This document shows, piece by piece, positions 60,843 to 64,000 of a stretch of 64,000 bases of DNA. Positions within the stretch are counted from its first letter, which is position 1. Every line of letters begins with the position of its first letter. The notes beneath the pieces were generated by a model. That model ran no database searches and had not been told where the DNA came from. It saw nothing but the letters and a program-made list of their open reading frames with translations. Origin of the DNA: a virus (taxonomy: Duplodnaviria > Caudoviricetes); the IMG/VR virus record IMGVR_UViG_3300046710_000261, positions 32,001 through 96,000 of that record. The stretch is one strand, 5' to 3'. The position numbers were made by a program, and so were the translations under genes.

Positions 60843-61504
60843 AAGAGAAAATGGAGGGAAGAAATGAAAGTGAATATGGAAAATGTGGTTGTTCCTTTTT
60901 GGGCAAAATTTGCAGTTTTATTTGAAGATTGTTCTTTTGTCTTCTTTGGTTCAAAACGTGGAACTGCTGAAAGTGTTTCAAATCATTGGAATGCCAAAGG
61001 CTGGAAGAATGAAGTTAAACCCGTAAATCAAGATGAATCAGTGAAATAAATGGAAGTCAAAAGAGATAGAATTACTTTTTGGTTTGGTAAGTTGACATTT
61101 GAAGTCTATTGGATAGATTTTCAATGGTCAAAAACAACCAAGGGATTTTTTGCCCCCACAATGCTTTTGTATCGTCCCAATAAGAGTTGGGAATGGCAAT
61201 GGGCAGTTGTGGCAAGAGTTTTAGGTTTCGGTTTCGGTTTGTCCTGGATGCATGTTAGTAACCCAAACATCAAGAAGGAAAGTAAATAGTGTTTTTCATT
61301 GGCAGCAAACATATAATCACAAAGCAATGGTTTGATTTTTTCAATCCTGATGCCAAAAAATTGAGGGATAATGAGGCAAAGAGATTGAAGAAAGAGGGAT
61401 TTAAAGTCAAAAAAGAAAACTGGAATTGCAGTATTGAACGTGGAAGCAAATGTTTCAAACTTCGGGCAGAAAGACCCATATCTTTCAAATAAGGAGAATA
61501 AATA

Positions 61505-61963
61505 ATGTTACTGGAAAAAGGAACACTCTGTATCGTCAAGCGTGGATATAAATGGTATCGTGCCCGTTTCGGTGGAAAGCGTGATGCGTTTTATGGCATG
61601 GACAGAATTTCCTCTTTATCCGAAACGAGAGGTAAGAAATTTGTCACTCTCGCGGCTTATCTTCGCCTGAATAAAATCAAAGAGAATGAGGAAAAAATTC
61701 TCAAGGGATTTGCTGTTGAACGGCTTTACATCAAATTTAAGAAACCCGTCAGGGTGAAGAAGGCGAAGAGGGTAAAGGCAGTGAATAAGGAAACACTCAA
61801 CCCTGGTGAGAAGATTTCCGACAAAAAGGTCGAAAAACATTGGTGGTCAGCATCGAATGAAATTTGTTTATCCTGCACCAAGTCTTGCAAACAGAGTGGT
61901 TTTGTTACCATCGTTCAATGCAAGTCATATACCAAGAAAGCAAAAGAGGAAGCGAATGCTTGA
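61505..61963 (+). CDS. basic hypothetical protein with C-terminal Cys cluster
   Basis: AGGAG SD; CLSC..C..C pattern. Confidence 0.6.
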   Translation: MLLEKGTLCIVKRGYKWYRARFGGKRDAFYGMDRISSLSETRGKKFVTLAAYLRLNKIKENEEKILKGFAVERLYIKFKKPVRVKKAKRVKAVNKETLNPGEKISDKKVEKHWWSASNEICLSCTKSCKQSGFVTIVQCKSYTKKAKEEANA

Positions 61964-62146
61964 TTTAGGATCATATGTTTGTTGCAAAAATTGCAAGAAT
62001 TATGAGAGTTACCATAACGGATATTCCCATCGTTGTCCTGCCCTTCGCCATGAAATTGATATTGACATTGGTGGAGATGGATACGTAAGGGAAGTTGAGC
62101 CTTCCGATGAGAATACCTTTTTCTGCCGATTATTTGAGAAGGTATA

Positions 62147-62788
62147 ATGCCAGCCATTACAACAAAAGAATTTTACATAATGCTGATCAAGCGGGTTCAT
62201 CCTGACAGAAATCCAAATGTGCCTGATGCTGTCAGGAAAACCCAAGAAGTAAATTCAGTAAAAAATAATTTGAATGCCCTCATACGATTAGCAATACGAT
62301 GGGGATTCATGAAGGGAACACCGCCACCCGAAAGAACGAGAACAAGAACGAGAGAAACACAATATTGGGAAACCATAACCGATTTGAGGTTTGCAACATA
62401 TGTAATTTTCAAAATGGGAAGTTACAAAGTTTTAGGAAAAACGGGTGTGGTTATATTGGTTCAAAACATCAATGGCGGGAAATTTAACGGGGAGAAAAAA
62501 TACACGATTTATGTCAGGGGTGTAGGTCTTTTTGAATTGAAAATAAGAAGGAAAGACTTGCCGAAATTTTTCAGCAAAATTTATCATTCTGGAATGGTTT
62601 ACAACCCCTTATATAATGAGGGTGTTTTATACTTCAATAATATAAAACAAAGGACGTTGGATAGGGAACATGAAAAAGTAAAAAATATAGTGAGAGATAT
62701 TCATAGAGATATAAAAACGAAAAAGGAATATTGGGAAACGAAACAAGCGGAAGAGGAAAAGAAAAAATGGTGGCGAAAAAGAAAATGA
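62147..62788 (+). CDS. J-domain-like (HPD) protein
   Basis: Y..LIKRVHPDRNP....A..KTQEVN N-terminal J-domain core. Confidence 0.65.
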   Translation: MPAITTKEFYIMLIKRVHPDRNPNVPDAVRKTQEVNSVKNNLNALIRLAIRWGFMKGTPPPERTRTRTRETQYWETITDLRFATYVIFKMGSYKVLGKTGVVILVQNINGGKFNGEKKYTIYVRGVGLFELKIRRKDLPKFFSKIYHSGMVYNPLYNEGVLYFNNIKQRTLDREHEKVKNIVRDIHRDIKTKKEYWETKQAEEEKKKWWRKRK

Positions 62789-62949
62789 AAATGAAAAGGA
62801 TAAAAAATACAAACAGAATAAAAATTCGTATTCCTCTTTCAACAAGGTCAGGGCATCGCATTGGAACAAAGAAGGGCAAAAAAGGATATGATAGGAAAGG
62901 GGGAAAGGAACAAAGAAAATTCTATTGGGATTATGGTGATGATTTTTGA
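62785..62949 (+). CDS. small basic protein with ArfA-like KKGKKGYDRK motif
   Basis: ATGA-coupled to the upstream gene; 54 aa; Lys/Arg-rich. Confidence 0.5.
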   Translation: MKMKRIKNTNRIKIRIPLSTRSGHRIGTKKGKKGYDRKGGKEQRKFYWDYGDDF

Positions 62950-62971
62950 AAGGGGGCCAGAAGGCCCCCGC
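62948..62971. terminator. hairpin between convergent genes
   Basis: GGGGGCC-agaa-GGCCCCC. Confidence 0.65.
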
Positions 62972-62985
62972 ACTACCTTTGCTGA

Positions 62986-63189
62986 TTATCTGGGAAGATA
63001 ATCATGGAGAGGGGTAATCCATTTGTTGACAAAGACACCCTTTGATTCAGCATTCATCAGACGATCATATGTTCTTTTGTTCACATCATAATAATCATAT
63101 GTTCTTCCGCCGTGACGAAACGTGATGGATAGTCTCTGACTTTCCACATCATACTTCACATTACTTATTGCATTTGACTTTACTCTCAT
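62986..63189 (-). CDS. KTSC-domain protein
   Basis: VKSNAISNVKYD..LSITF...YDY..V...AESKGVFVN; own promoter at 63223-63252. Confidence 0.88.
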   Translation of the reverse strand: MRVKSNAISNVKYDVESQRLSITFRHGGRTYDYYDVNKRTYDRLMNAESKGVFVNKWITPLHDYLPR

Positions 63190-63355
63190 CGAAATTCCTC
63201 CTTCTTGAGATTTATTACTCTTATTATAGCATATCAAGAATATAATTGTAAACATTTGATTTCAAAAATTTTTTCTGGTTTTGAAAAAAGTGTTTACTCA
63301 TAATATTTATTTCATTTCAAATATTTGTAAGTCATTATTTGAATAATATCCGATG

Positions 63356-63384
63356 TTTACAATTCGGATTGGATAGTATATAAT
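63356..63384 (+). promoter_or_regulatory. sigma70 promoter of the HU gene
   Basis: TTTACA-17-TATAAT. Confidence 0.7.
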
Positions 63385-63432
63385 AATGAGTGAATATGGC
63401 AATTGCCTTATAAAATTATAGGAGGAAAGTAT

Positions 63433-63750
63433 ATGAATCGAGCAGATTTAACAATTGATTTGGCCGCTGAATTGGGAATTTCCAAAAAGCAAGCGAAAGA
63501 CGCTGTAACATTAATCTTTGATCAGATTGCAAAAGGAATGGTATCAGAGGGAAAAGTTACAATAGTCGATTTCGGTTCTTTCATGGCAGTTCACAAACCA
63601 GCCCGACCAGCCAGAAATCCAAGAACGGGTGAAGCAGTAACCGTTCCTGCAAGGATTGTTCCCAAATTCAAGGCTGCAAAAGCATTGAAGGCACTGGTAA
63701 GAAACGCCGATGTTCCTGAAGAATCCGCGCCAGAAGAACCAACAGAATAA
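63433..63750 (+). CDS. HU/IHF-family DNA-binding protein
   Basis: MNRADL, FGSF, ARNPRTGE and PKFKA motifs; AGGAGG SD. Confidence 0.93.
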   Translation: MNRADLTIDLAAELGISKKQAKDAVTLIFDQIAKGMVSEGKVTIVDFGSFMAVHKPARPARNPRTGEAVTVPARIVPKFKAAKALKALVRNADVPEESAPEEPTE

Positions 63751-63755
63751 TTATG

Positions 63756-63783
63756 ATGGGGGCTGAAAGGCCCCCAAATAATT
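63756..63783 (+). terminator. hairpin after the HU gene
   Basis: GGGGGC-tgaaag-GCCCCC. Confidence 0.55.
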
Positions 63784-63795
63784 TCCAGGAAAAAC

Positions 63796-64000
63796 ATGAT
63801 GACAAATGAATTTGATAGCACAGAAATGTGGCCCTTCAAGCATGAACCAGTTTCTCTTGACGAAATGGTTTTGAGTAATGATATACGAGAGAGACTGAAA
63901 AAAATTATAAAAACTAGACCCAACATATTATTAATCGGTCCTGCGGGAGTTGGTAAGGGAACATTCACCAATATATTTCTGAAAGAAACAGGATTGGATA
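63796..64000 (+). CDS. clamp-loader AAA+ subunit (T4 gp44/RFC-like), partial, runs off the window
   Basis: Manual translation ..WPFKHEPVSLDEMVL..PNILLIGPAGVGKGT (RFC box II plus Walker A). Confidence 0.85.
   Translation, partial: MMTNEFDSTEMWPFKHEPVSLDEMVLSNDIRERLKKIIKTRPNILLIGPAGVGKGTFTNIFLKETGLD

Noticed and set aside
1-64000. CRISPR array, DGR/reverse transcriptase, integrase, transposase, rRNA
   Set aside because: No regularly spaced repeat-spacer array or diagnostic protein motifs seen by eye; the repeats found are promoter cassettes or intragenic low-complexity repeats
1-64000. Stop-codon reassignment as in some jumbo phages
   Set aside because: Conserved genes are full length in code 11 and TAA, TAG and TGA all terminate genes; the single internal TAA (47138) is explained locally

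Overview
A 64-kb, AT-rich, gene-dense segment of a large T4-like/jumbo-type dsDNA phage in the standard genetic code. Almost everything is on the minus strand up to a divergent promoter hub at ~60.3-60.85 kb. Core genes: gp61-like primase, RNase H/flap nuclease, gp32 SSB, probable gp59, Holliday-junction resolvase, class II RNR (NrdJ), HU, and the start of a gp44/RFC clamp-loader subunit. Accessory content: RNA-repair enzymes (RtcB, DRB0094-type ligase, CCA-adding enzyme with HD domain), tRNA-Thr(GGT) and tRNA-Ser(CGA), a CMP-sialic-acid synthetase/glycosyltransferase cluster, an OprB-type porin, and an island of lipoprotein/PEP-CTERM/CFI-box-CTERM surface proteins, which suggests a Gram-negative exosortase-bearing host. 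The most striking observations are: (1) a degenerate tRNA-Gly(TCC) cloverleaf ending in U-CCA that is embedded in frame in the 5' end of a Mom-family DNA-adenine modification gene, at the end of a nuclease-radical SAM-Mom operon; (2) about 14 clustered ORFs, including the CCA enzyme and a C39 peptidase, sharing a T4-like capsid-targeting/prohead-protease tag ([KR]-[YF]-[LI]-x-E), suggesting virion-packaged, injected cargo; (3) a family of strong sigma70 promoters, five carrying an IHF-like box at near-fixed spacing. All calls are from motif reading by eye; no database search was run.
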